Positions 49,400-57,215 of a DNA stretch of 64,000 nucleotides are shown piece by piece. A program made the position numbers and the translations under genes. The stretch is from Candidatus Nanohaloarchaea archaeon (GTDB lineage: Archaea; Nanohalarchaeota; Nanosalinia; Nanosalinales; Nanosalinaceae), in the NCBI GenBank assembly GCA_014297435.1, contig JACOQA010000002.1, positions 1 through 64,000 on the forward strand, given 5' to 3'. Each line of letters starts with the position of its first letter. Within the stretch, counting starts at the first letter, position 1. The notes below the pieces were generated by a model. The model was not told the DNA's origin. It saw only the letters and a program-made list of their open reading frames with translations, and searched no databases.

Positions 49400-50037
49400 T
49401 AAGGTCTTTCCGAGACGTAGCGCATGCACTCAGCCGGATGGAACCTTACACGGTTTCCTACGGCATCAACTATCATCTCCTTTTCTCCTATAAACGTGGC
49501 TTGAGATTCTCCAAGCTTCTTGTTGTCCTGCCAGACCTCTAATATCGCTATCGACTTGTTTCTAACAACTTCTACCTGTGCAACTGTCTGGTCGTTCTCC
49601 ACAGAAACATCTTGAACCATAACTCCTACGTCTCTACATCCTTTCAAATGCTCGTTCGAGAGAAGTCCGTTAACAGCTTCCTGACCTACAAAAGCATAGC
49701 CTCCTACCAGAAGTAGAACCACTAGTAATGCTGCTCCCGGCTTAACAAGTCTCGAGGTATCGAAATCAATGTCTTTCAACCTGTTTAGTATAATTGATTC
49801 GGATTCCTCTTTTTCTTGAGAATCGTGAGAACGTTCCTGTTCTACAGTATTGCCTGGTTCTTCTGTCTCTCCAAAGAAGTCTTCCGTTTCTTCCTTATCT
49901 GTAGCATCAAAAGGATCCTGGACTTCGTCGACTAGTGAAGGATCGTGGTCTTTCTCTTCTAAAACGTTCTTTATCCGGTCTCTCTCGACGCCTTCCTCCA
50001 ACTTCTTCTCAATCCAGGCTCTTATCTTGTCCTCCAT
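49396..50037 (-). CDS. Single-pass membrane hypothetical protein
   Basis: Acidic N-terminus, TM AALLVVLLLVGGYAFVG, extracellular beta domain with two Cys. Confidence 0.7.
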   Translation of the reverse strand: MEDKIRAWIEKKLEEGVERDRIKNVLEEKDHDPSLVDEVQDPFDATDKEETEDFFGETEEPGNTVEQERSHDSQEKEESESIILNRLKDIDFDTSRLVKPGAALLVVLLLVGGYAFVGQEAVNGLLSNEHLKGCRDVGVMVQDVSVENDQTVAQVEVVRNKSIAILEVWQDNKKLGESQATFIGEKEMIVDAVGNRVRFHPAECMRYVSERPY

Positions 50038-50077
50038 AACTGTTTCAAACCGGTTATAGAATAAAAAGGAAGAGGGT

Positions 50078-50584
50078 TTAAAGGCAGTTAGCTGCCTGAT
50101 CCCCTAAAGTCGCGAAAACTTTACATGCTGACGAGGAGATCGTTGAAGTTGAGACGTTCGAAACCGTTGTAACTCCCTGCCTTGAACCTCCTATAACGAC
50201 CGCCTTCGGAAACTCTGTGATCCCGTAGTTGTAAAGCACGTCGTTCGTACTCGAGGAGTTCACCAGGTTGACGTAGACCCTGTTTCCGAAGTCCTGGGGA
50301 ACTGATTCAAGCTGCTTCATGTCCTCGAACTGTGACTGGTTCGAGTAGAACGAGTTCACGAAAACTATGTCGTTCTGTACTGCCAGAACTCTTTGCTCTC
50401 TTGCTGAAAGACTGTAAGAGCTTTCCATATAGTTCTGTGACGGAAGCGTTGCGTTGAATTCCTGCTGCTGGTTGTTGGATCCGCCTCCGCCGGTTATACC
50501 GGAGAACTGTGCGATACCTCCGAACGCGAATCCTCCCGCGATCGAAAGCCCGATGATCAGTATAAATATCTGCTGTAAGTCCAT
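50078..50584 (-). CDS. Membrane-anchored exported hypothetical protein
   Basis: N-terminal TM helix, several NxS/T sequons, two C-terminal Cys. Confidence 0.7.
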   Translation of the reverse strand: MDLQQIFILIIGLSIAGGFAFGGIAQFSGITGGGGSNNQQQEFNATLPSQNYMESSYSLSAREQRVLAVQNDIVFVNSFYSNQSQFEDMKQLESVPQDFGNRVYVNLVNSSSTNDVLYNYGITEFPKAVVIGGSRQGVTTVSNVSTSTISSSACKVFATLGDQAANCL

Positions 50585-50703
50585 ACCACTAAAGTCGGGT
50601 GGAACGGATAAAAGCTTAGTCCTGGTTTGAAACCGCTTTTCTCCAAAACTCTGGACATAGATTGTGAACAGAGTTAAGAAGTTTCGACCCGTTTCTATTC
50701 TGT

Positions 50704-51102
50704 ATGATAGTAGGATTTAATATCGATAGCCTTGAAGCTGACAAGAAGCAGGGCGCCGCAAACGGCGACCTACAGGTCAACTATGCACCTAAAATCGACG
50801 AAGTTGAGAGAGCAACCGTAAACGCTTTCGAAGATGAAGTTGCGAAGATCGACTTCACGTTCACAGTAAACTATACTGTCGGAAATACTGTAGGTGCAAA
50901 GATCGAGATGTCCGGAAACGTTCTCTGGAAAGGAGATACAGAAGAAGTAATTGAGTCATGGGAGGAAGATGAGTCGCTTCCTGAATCTGTTGAAGCACCA
51001 CTAATGAACGATCTTTACCGTAAATGTCTCTCACAGGCAGTCGGTGTCGCGGACACGCTAGGGCTTCTTCCGCCTATCCCTACACCAAGGGTCGACAACT
51101 AG
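50704..51102 (+). CDS. Conserved archaeal hypothetical protein
   Basis: MIVGFNI...F.F.V.Y..A.I...G..L...LLPPIP.P pattern; strong codon bias. Confidence 0.7.
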   Translation: MIVGFNIDSLEADKKQGAANGDLQVNYAPKIDEVERATVNAFEDEVAKIDFTFTVNYTVGNTVGAKIEMSGNVLWKGDTEEVIESWEEDESLPESVEAPLMNDLYRKCLSQAVGVADTLGLLPPIPTPRVDN

Positions 51103-51181
51103 ACCATATTTTCTCCTAAATTTTTCTTTTTATCGTGGAGATCCAGGAAATCACTTACAGATATAACGGCGTTATACTTCT

Positions 51182-51436
51182 ATGGCTGGAACCGGAATAG
51201 ACAGGAGATTAACAGAAAAAGTATTCAAGCTCAGAGTAACAAAGAAGATTATGCCTATCAAAAAATTCCTTTCAGTAGCTTACAAGAAGTTGAAGAGAGG
51301 TAAAGAAAGCTTTTTAGAGAAAATCTCGGGACAAGATAAGCAGAACCTTGAACAGTTCAGCGGAGCCTTTCCCGAGATAGGCGAAATCGAAGAACAGCTC
51401 GAAAGCGAAAGAGAAGACCTCGAACTAAGAATTTAG
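51182..51436 (+). CDS. Hypothetical protein
   Basis: 84-aa ORF; start uncertain. Confidence 0.4.
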   Translation: MAGTGIDRRLTEKVFKLRVTKKIMPIKKFLSVAYKKLKRGKESFLEKISGQDKQNLEQFSGAFPEIGEIEEQLESEREDLELRI

Positions 51437-51599
51437 ACCTACGTTACGGTGTAACTTTCAGGAAACAAAGTTAACTTCCAAATATCAGAATACAGACTTT
51501 ACCGGCTTCCTTACATAAAGCTGCGAGAACTTCTGTGACGCAACTTTTTTAAAAGCTCGACTCGTATTTCGCTTGTTCCCAAGAACGTGATAGAAAAGT

Positions 51600-51986
51600 A
51601 TGTCGATACGGAAAAGACGAGACGACAAGCTGAAATCGCATGAAGAAACCCTTGACCAAGTGCTTGATACCTACCTTCCGCAGGTAGATCACGAGTATGA
51701 TAGCTCTGACGAGTTCGTGAGAATACCTGCGAAGAGAGAGGCTGTAGAGTATATTACAGGTATCGAGTTCAACCCGCAGGATGAGTCGGTTGAGAACTAT
51801 CTGTCGCAGGTCGAGGGCTGGATGGACAGCATGATAAGACGCGATAACGACGTCTGGGAGCCCGGAGAACCCAACGTAGCTGACGGGGACGACGGTTATC
51901 TTGAAGCGGAGTACTTTTTCGATCCGCGTATGGATCCCGGGAACATGGTTGATGAGCTGGAGGAGAGGCCTGGACCCGCAACTTAG
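51600..51986 (+). CDS. Hypothetical acidic protein
   Basis: 128-aa D/E-rich ORF. Confidence 0.6.
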   Translation: MSIRKRRDDKLKSHEETLDQVLDTYLPQVDHEYDSSDEFVRIPAKREAVEYITGIEFNPQDESVENYLSQVEGWMDSMIRRDNDVWEPGEPNVADGDDGYLEAEYFFDPRMDPGNMVDELEERPGPAT

Positions 51987-52020
51987 TTCGACATGTGTCG
52001 AACAAAAAACAGGTTTTTTG
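51986..52020 (+). terminator. Tandem hairpins/T-tract after ORF 51600
   Basis: GTTCGACA-TG-TGTCGAAC inverted repeat followed by CAAAAAAC-AG-GTTTTTTG. Confidence 0.45.
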
Positions 52021-52268
52021 GTTCTCTCCTTTGTTCATGAAAGTTCCTAAACGCATCCAAACACTTTTCAAGTCTTTAGATTCTTTCTTTTATTGTTTGA
52101 AGCATTCTAAACATGTTTCCGGTAAGCGGTTAGTAATGAGGTCGAAAGTTGGATTGAAGGGTGTTTAAACGTTTGATTCGTTGAAAGGAGCGTGCTAAAC
52201 CTTTCAAAAAGCTTTAAGGATCGTTGAGAACGGTCAAAAACGTTCTGTGAACGGTTAAAACCGGGTTC

Positions 52269-52287
52269 AAAAGCCAGCTTTTATAAA
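52269..52287 (+). promoter_or_regulatory. BRE/TATA promoter of the major S-layer gene
   Basis: AAAAGCCAGC followed by TTTTATAAA, about 245 nt upstream of ATG 52533. Confidence 0.6.
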
Positions 52288-52304
52288 GGTGGGGAAGGTT
52301 AAAC

Positions 52305-52532
52305 ACGACAAGGACTAGCAACAGCTAGAGCCTTGGGTCCCGTGATCCCAATTACAGGGAACGACCCAAACACAGTAACCGGGCGTACTTTTTTTCCGGG
52401 AATCGGGATCCCGCGGAGGAATGAACCCTCTCCGTTACCGATAACGGGTTCAGAGGTGAGTCGGCGGACGCACCTCTCGAATATAATAGAAGACACGCGA
52501 CACATCACCCCACAAGGTGAAACACACAAACT
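52305..52532 (+). promoter_or_regulatory. Long structured 5' leader of S-layer mRNA
   Basis: Consecutive GC-rich hairpins (CAAGG/CCTTG, GGGTC/GACCC, TGAACC/GGTTCA, GAGGTG/CACCTC, CACC/GGTG over the SD). Confidence 0.6.
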
Positions 52533-55331
52533 ATGAATCTAAACATCAAAAAAGTAGGAAAGGCTGTAGCAGGCTCTGCACTCCTCGTAGGCGCAACGCT
52601 TACAGGAGCGGCCGGTCTTGCAGCAGCTCAGGATTCTGGATCCAATTCGATGGATCTAGGAGACTATCCAACACCATTCGTGTCCGAGGACGGACAGGTA
52701 CAGTCCACAATCGTAGTAGGAGAAAACGCAAAAACCGCAGACGTAGTAGGCGCAATCAACGTTGCCGGATCACTAGGACAGGCAGCAATGACAGAAGAAG
52801 AAGTATCCGCTGGATCTTCAGCAGCTTCTTGGAGTGCAACAAACGGAGTATCACTAGACACTTCCAACGACCAGCTGTTCTTCAACGACAACATCGACGA
52901 AGTAAGACAGACACTAACAGAAGACCAGCTTGACATCCTGCAGAGCCACGACGTTCTAACAGGCGACGCACAGCAGGAAGTAGAACAGTACCTCTACGTA
53001 GGAGAACAGAAAGTTCAGTACACACAGCCTGGCGACTCCGACGGAGACCCAGTTCTGAACGTAATGAACCCAAGCAGCGTCGACGTAGACGGACAGAACC
53101 TCTACAGACTTCAAGCTAACTTCGAAGACGGAGTAGAGTTCGAAGAAACAGCTGGAGAGAAGAACGAGGACGTTTACGGAGAAGAAATGGACCTCTTCGG
53201 AAAGACATTTACAATCTCACAGGACTCATTCACATCCGGTAACACAGGACAGCTAATCCTTTACGGATCTAGTCAGGACGTACAGATTTCGTCCGGAGAG
53301 TCCGCAACCGTCACAATTGACGGCGAAGACCACACAATCGCTGTACAGGCTGTTAACACTGAAGGAGTAGTTTACTCTGTTGACGGCGAAGCAGCAGAAC
53401 AGGACGACCTCGACGAAACATTCGACATCGGCGACACAGAAGTCAGAATCGACTCCAAGATCGACCTACAGGACGACCAAGGATCCGCAACATTCTCAGT
53501 AGGAAGCGAAAAACTTGTTCTTGAAGACGATTCGCCTGTAATGACAGGAGACGATGAAGAAGACGTTGAAGGAACACACGTCGGACTATCAACAACAGGA
53601 GACGGAGACATTTCCGACACCAACGAACCTGTCGAGCTTTCCAGCATCGAGATCGCTGTTGGTGCTGACGACAGCGACAACGACTACGTCGCAGCAGGAG
53701 AATCATTCGAAGATCCTGTGTTCGACGACCTAGAGTTCCACTTCGCAGGACTCAACCCTGACGCAGAGTCTGACGACACACCTCAGGTAGAGTTCACAGC
53801 TGACGACGAAACAGCAACAGTCAGCTTTGAAGACGGAGACGACTCAGCATCCCTAGGCTTCGTACATCCTGCAAACACAGACAGCGATGGATTCGGAGCA
53901 AACAGTCTAGCTGACGAAGACGGAGACGCAATCCACGTCTACGAAGGAGCAGCAGTCGAAGAAGACGAGTACTTCGTCTCTGATGCAGGCGACTTCGATC
54001 ACATGTGGGAAGTTACAGGAATCGACGCAGACACAGCAGATCAGAATTCGGATCACGGAGAAGAAGCAACAGTAGACCTAGAAGACAAGGTCTCAGGAGC
54101 TTCAGTTGAAGTAGATGTAACACACACATCGTCAAACAGCAACAACGTCTATTCCGGAACGGAAGTCATCGACGGACAGACCTATGAGTTCACAGTTTCC
54201 GGCGCTGACACAGAAAATACAACAGTTTCCGCAACATACGGAGACGACACCACACATCACGTCTACTCTGCAGTCGACACAGAAAGTGGAGCTTCAGTAG
54301 CATTCCTAAAGTCACAGACTGATGCCGTTTCAAGTAACTCTGGAGATTTCAGTAGCAACGACCAGACCGAGACAATAGTCCTTCCAAGTACAGAAAGCAG
54401 TGGGACACAAGAACTAGACATCACATTTAGTGACGATAATGATGCAGTATCGGTAGCAATCGGCGACAACGCAGCTGAATCTATTTCATCAAGCTCCGAT
54501 TCAACGAGTGAACGAGAAGTAACTGTTGGATCTATGACGTACGATGTCACTCTAACTGTAGATAGTGCTCCAGCCGATGATGAGGTAGACTACTCAGTTG
54601 ACATCGACCCTCAAGTTACCGGCGGAGAGGATATTGCCGGACCTTCGGCAGCAGTCATCCAGCCTCAGGACGACGACGATAACGAGGGAAGTTACCTCGT
54701 TACACCAGGAGTCGACTCTGACGACGATGAGATGGACATCGGAAGCAGCAACGCAGAAGTCCACTACGACGGAGAGGACTACAACGGCAAGACTCTGGAC
54801 GAGACGGACGAAGACGTAGAGTCCAACTACAACACCTACGGAACTTACACCGAGCTCGACACAGATGAGCAGGGAATGTTCACTCTGAACATTCCAGACG
54901 CACAGGCTACAGCTGGTGCAGCATTCACAGGACAGGACGGAGAACTTTCCGCTTCTGGTTCCGCAGGATCTGTCACCACGATGAGTCCTACAGGATGGCC
55001 TGACGCTGCGGCTCTCGACTCAGAAGTTTCGGGATCCGACAGGAACGGCAACCTAATCCTTGTAGGAGGACCTGCAGTCAACACGCTGACTGAAGAACTT
55101 GCTTCCGCGAACAAGACGTGGACAGCAGATCAGTACAGCGAAGGAGACTACGTCCTTGACCTCACAGACGGATTCCAGAACGACGACGGCAACCACGCCC
55201 TAGTTGTAGCTGGATACGGAGCAGAGGACACGACAGCAGCAGCGAACTACCTGGCAAACTACCAGGACAACATGGACGAGATGGACGGAGAGACCACGCT
55301 GCAGAAGTCGACAGTCTCAACATCCCAGTAA
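52533..55331 (+). CDS. Major S-layer protein (S_layer_N/S_layer_C type)
   Basis: Signal peptide, IVVGENAKTADVVGAINVAGSL, NLILVGGPAVN, LVVAGY..EDT..AA; very acidic; strong codon bias; SD GGTGA. Confidence 0.9.
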   Translation: MNLNIKKVGKAVAGSALLVGATLTGAAGLAAAQDSGSNSMDLGDYPTPFVSEDGQVQSTIVVGENAKTADVVGAINVAGSLGQAAMTEEEVSAGSSAASWSATNGVSLDTSNDQLFFNDNIDEVRQTLTEDQLDILQSHDVLTGDAQQEVEQYLYVGEQKVQYTQPGDSDGDPVLNVMNPSSVDVDGQNLYRLQANFEDGVEFEETAGEKNEDVYGEEMDLFGKTFTISQDSFTSGNTGQLILYGSSQDVQISSGESATVTIDGEDHTIAVQAVNTEGVVYSVDGEAAEQDDLDETFDIGDTEVRIDSKIDLQDDQGSATFSVGSEKLVLEDDSPVMTGDDEEDVEGTHVGLSTTGDGDISDTNEPVELSSIEIAVGADDSDNDYVAAGESFEDPVFDDLEFHFAGLNPDAESDDTPQVEFTADDETATVSFEDGDDSASLGFVHPANTDSDGFGANSLADEDGDAIHVYEGAAVEEDEYFVSDAGDFDHMWEVTGIDADTADQNSDHGEEATVDLEDKVSGASVEVDVTHTSSNSNNVYSGTEVIDGQTYEFTVSGADTENTTVSATYGDDTTHHVYSAVDTESGASVAFLKSQTDAVSSNSGDFSSNDQTETIVLPSTESSGTQELDITFSDDNDAVSVAIGDNAAESISSSSDSTSEREVTVGSMTYDVTLTVDSAPADDEVDYSVDIDPQVTGGEDIAGPSAAVIQPQDDDDNEGSYLVTPGVDSDDDEMDIGSSNAEVHYDGEDYNGKTLDETDEDVESNYNTYGTYTELDTDEQGMFTLNIPDAQATAGAAFTGQDGELSASGSAGSVTTMSPTGWPDAAALDSEVSGSDRNGNLILVGGPAVNTLTEELASANKTWTADQYSEGDYVLDLTDGFQNDDGNHALVVAGYGAEDTTAAANYLANYQDNMDEMDGETTLQKSTVSTSQ

Positions 55332-55340
55332 AACGGGATA

Positions 55341-55372
55341 TCTTTTCCTTTCCTTTCCTTTTCTATTTTCTA
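55341..55372 (+). terminator. Pyrimidine/oligo-T terminator of S-layer gene 1
   Basis: TCTTTTCCTTTCCTTTCCTTTTCTATTTTC after the stop. Confidence 0.6.
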
Positions 55373-55456
55373 CCGAGAACTTTTTCTCAAGAATAACCAA
55401 AATCCCTGTAGTCATAATCAACAATAGTATTAAGTGTTGAGAATCAAATCAGGGAT

Positions 55457-55579
55457 ATGACAGAGAAGCTGGAAAATCCGGTTGAAAAGGTCAATAACCT
55501 TTCGGATGAAGAGATAAACCGGATTTCCGAGGAAAGACTTGAAAGTTTTAAGGAGAAGCTTAGAGAGTACTTTGAGTAG
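55457..55579 (+). CDS. 40-aa small protein (below ORF-track cutoff)
   Basis: MTEKLENPVEKVNNLSDEEINRISEERLESFKEKLREYFE*; TATTAAG about 25 nt upstream. Confidence 0.5.
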   Translation: MTEKLENPVEKVNNLSDEEINRISEERLESFKEKLREYFE

Positions 55580-55637
55580 ATTCCTACATACTATTAGCGT
55601 TCTTTTTCAATAAATTGCAGATTCTAAAAAAGAGAGG

Positions 55638-55982
55638 TTATGCTGTTGCAGCCGGAGTCTCTAGACTTACAGACTGAGTTATTTTCTCTCCATCCATTTC
55701 AGACTTTATTATGACTGCTACCATTTGGAAACTCCCTGCCTGATTGATCTTTTTCTCGGCTGACTGTATGTTTTCCAGCAACTCTATAGCTTTTTCGACT
55801 GAAATATCGGTCAGGCCAGATATGACTTCTGAAGCATTTAGTATCTCTACACCTACCACCTCTCTATTTGAGTTGAGCTGTAAGATAAACCCTCCTTTGG
55901 GGATACTTTCAACACTTTTCCCTTCATTTATGTACAGAACATCTCTTTCTTGGTCATATTTTGACTTTGCCATTTTATCCAT
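55638..55982 (-). CDS. DUF2283-like putative antitoxin
   Basis: YDQERDVLYI...VVGVEILNAS. Confidence 0.8.
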   Translation of the reverse strand: MDKMAKSKYDQERDVLYINEGKSVESIPKGGFILQLNSNREVVGVEILNASEVISGLTDISVEKAIELLENIQSAEKKINQAGSFQMVAVIIKSEMDGEKITQSVSLETPAATA

Positions 55983-56328
55983 ATTGTTTTGCCAGTTCTT
56001 TCGGTTTTGCGTAATTACGATTGGTCTGAAAAGCTGTCACTATCTCTACTTTCTTATCGTTAATATCTACGCCAGTTAATAAATAATATTGTGTGGACTT
56101 GTGAAAAACTATGTTGTATCTATGCCCAAACTTCTTTTCTCCTTTATAGTCAAAAGCCAGAGCTTTCTCATTCCAGGGAGTCTCAACTGTCTCTCTAACC
56201 TCTTCCTTCGTCAAATTAGGTCTATCAGGTAAAGAATCTCTGATAAAATGATTAGTGAATGTTATCTCACGTCTCTTAACTTCTCCTTCTAGTTCTAGTA
56301 ATGATCTCACAGGGTGAATTTCAGCCAT
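55975..56328 (-). CDS. DUF4258-like putative toxin (RelE/BrnT-like)
   Basis: ITFTNHF...R..LTKEEV.E.V..P...EIVTAF; overlaps the DUF2283-like gene. Confidence 0.65.
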   Translation of the reverse strand: MAEIHPVRSLLELEGEVKRREITFTNHFIRDSLPDRPNLTKEEVRETVETPWNEKALAFDYKGEKKFGHRYNIVFHKSTQYYLLTGVDINDKKVEIVTAFQTNRNYAKPKELAKQYG

Positions 56329-56507
56329 TCAGGATTCTAACAAGATAAGGTAAAAGTATCTTAAAGTAGATAATCCTCCAGGTTTAATAGAAAAAGACTG
56401 CTCAACTTTCATTTGTTGGACATCGATATCTTTTGGTGCGGATGTAGCCATGAACCGTTAAATTTATTACTCTGGTGATACTATAGAATTCATAGGTGAT
56501 TCAATTC

Positions 56508-56741
56508 ATGGCTTCAGTTTCGGTCAAACTACCTGATAACTTGAAGAAGCAGATAGAGGAAAGAACAGAGGAAGAAGGCTACATGAACACTTCCGAGTAT
56601 ATTAGACAGGCTGTGAGAGAGAAAGTTAAAGAAGAGACCCGGTTATACCCTGACGAGCTTAGAAGGCTCATTAAACAGGGAGAAGATCCAGAAAAAGGCG
56701 AGAACCACAGTTTGGAAGAAGTGAAAGAAGAGTTCAGATAA
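56508..56741 (+). CDS. Ribbon-helix-helix (CopG/ParD-like) antitoxin
   Basis: VSVKLP..LK..IE....GYMNTSEYIRQAVRE, C-terminal SLEEVKEE; SD GGTGA. Confidence 0.85.
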   Translation: MASVSVKLPDNLKKQIEERTEEEGYMNTSEYIRQAVREKVKEETRLYPDELRRLIKQGEDPEKGENHSLEEVKEEFR

Positions 56742-56744
56742 CTT

Positions 56745-57050
56745 ATGGAGGTAATTGTAAAAGAGGGAGCTCGTCAAGATCTGGCCAGTTTAGAGGAAGG
56801 ACTCAGAGATAGAGTTTTAGATGAAATAGAAAAGTTGGAGAAGAATGCAACACCCGATAACTCAACTTTTGTAGAAGTCGGCGACATGGAACTTTTCCGC
56901 CTTAAATTACAGGAAGAGGACAGGAACTCCAAGCTCACCCATCGCGTATTCTACCAAATTAAGGATAACAAGGTCTACATCAGAGGGATTTTCCACAGAC
57001 ATAAAGGATATGGAACTGAAACTAGGGAAGAACTTGAAGAAAGGATTTGA
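56745..57050 (+). CDS. RelE/ParE-family toxin
   Basis: ARQDLASL, FRLKL, HRVFYQI, IFHRHKGY; directly after the RHH gene. Confidence 0.8.
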   Translation: MEVIVKEGARQDLASLEEGLRDRVLDEIEKLEKNATPDNSTFVEVGDMELFRLKLQEEDRNSKLTHRVFYQIKDNKVYIRGIFHRHKGYGTETREELEERI

Positions 57051-57215
57051 ACCGATTGATTGGCAGAAACCTCTAGAAAAGATTAGATCCCTATAGAATT
57101 TCCTATCAGAGCTTTTCATACAACCGATTTAGATACTTGATTACAACCTGAAATTCTTCTCCCGGCTTTATCAATAACCGAGAATAATTGTTCTATTATA
57201 TTTGGTGAACTCTGT

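Noticed and set aside
52305-52532. SRP RNA, RNase P RNA or the 67-aa ORF 52333-52536
   Set aside because: Lacks SRP helix-8 and RNase P GAGGAAAGUCC-type motifs; ORF has atypical composition; better explained as a 5' leader
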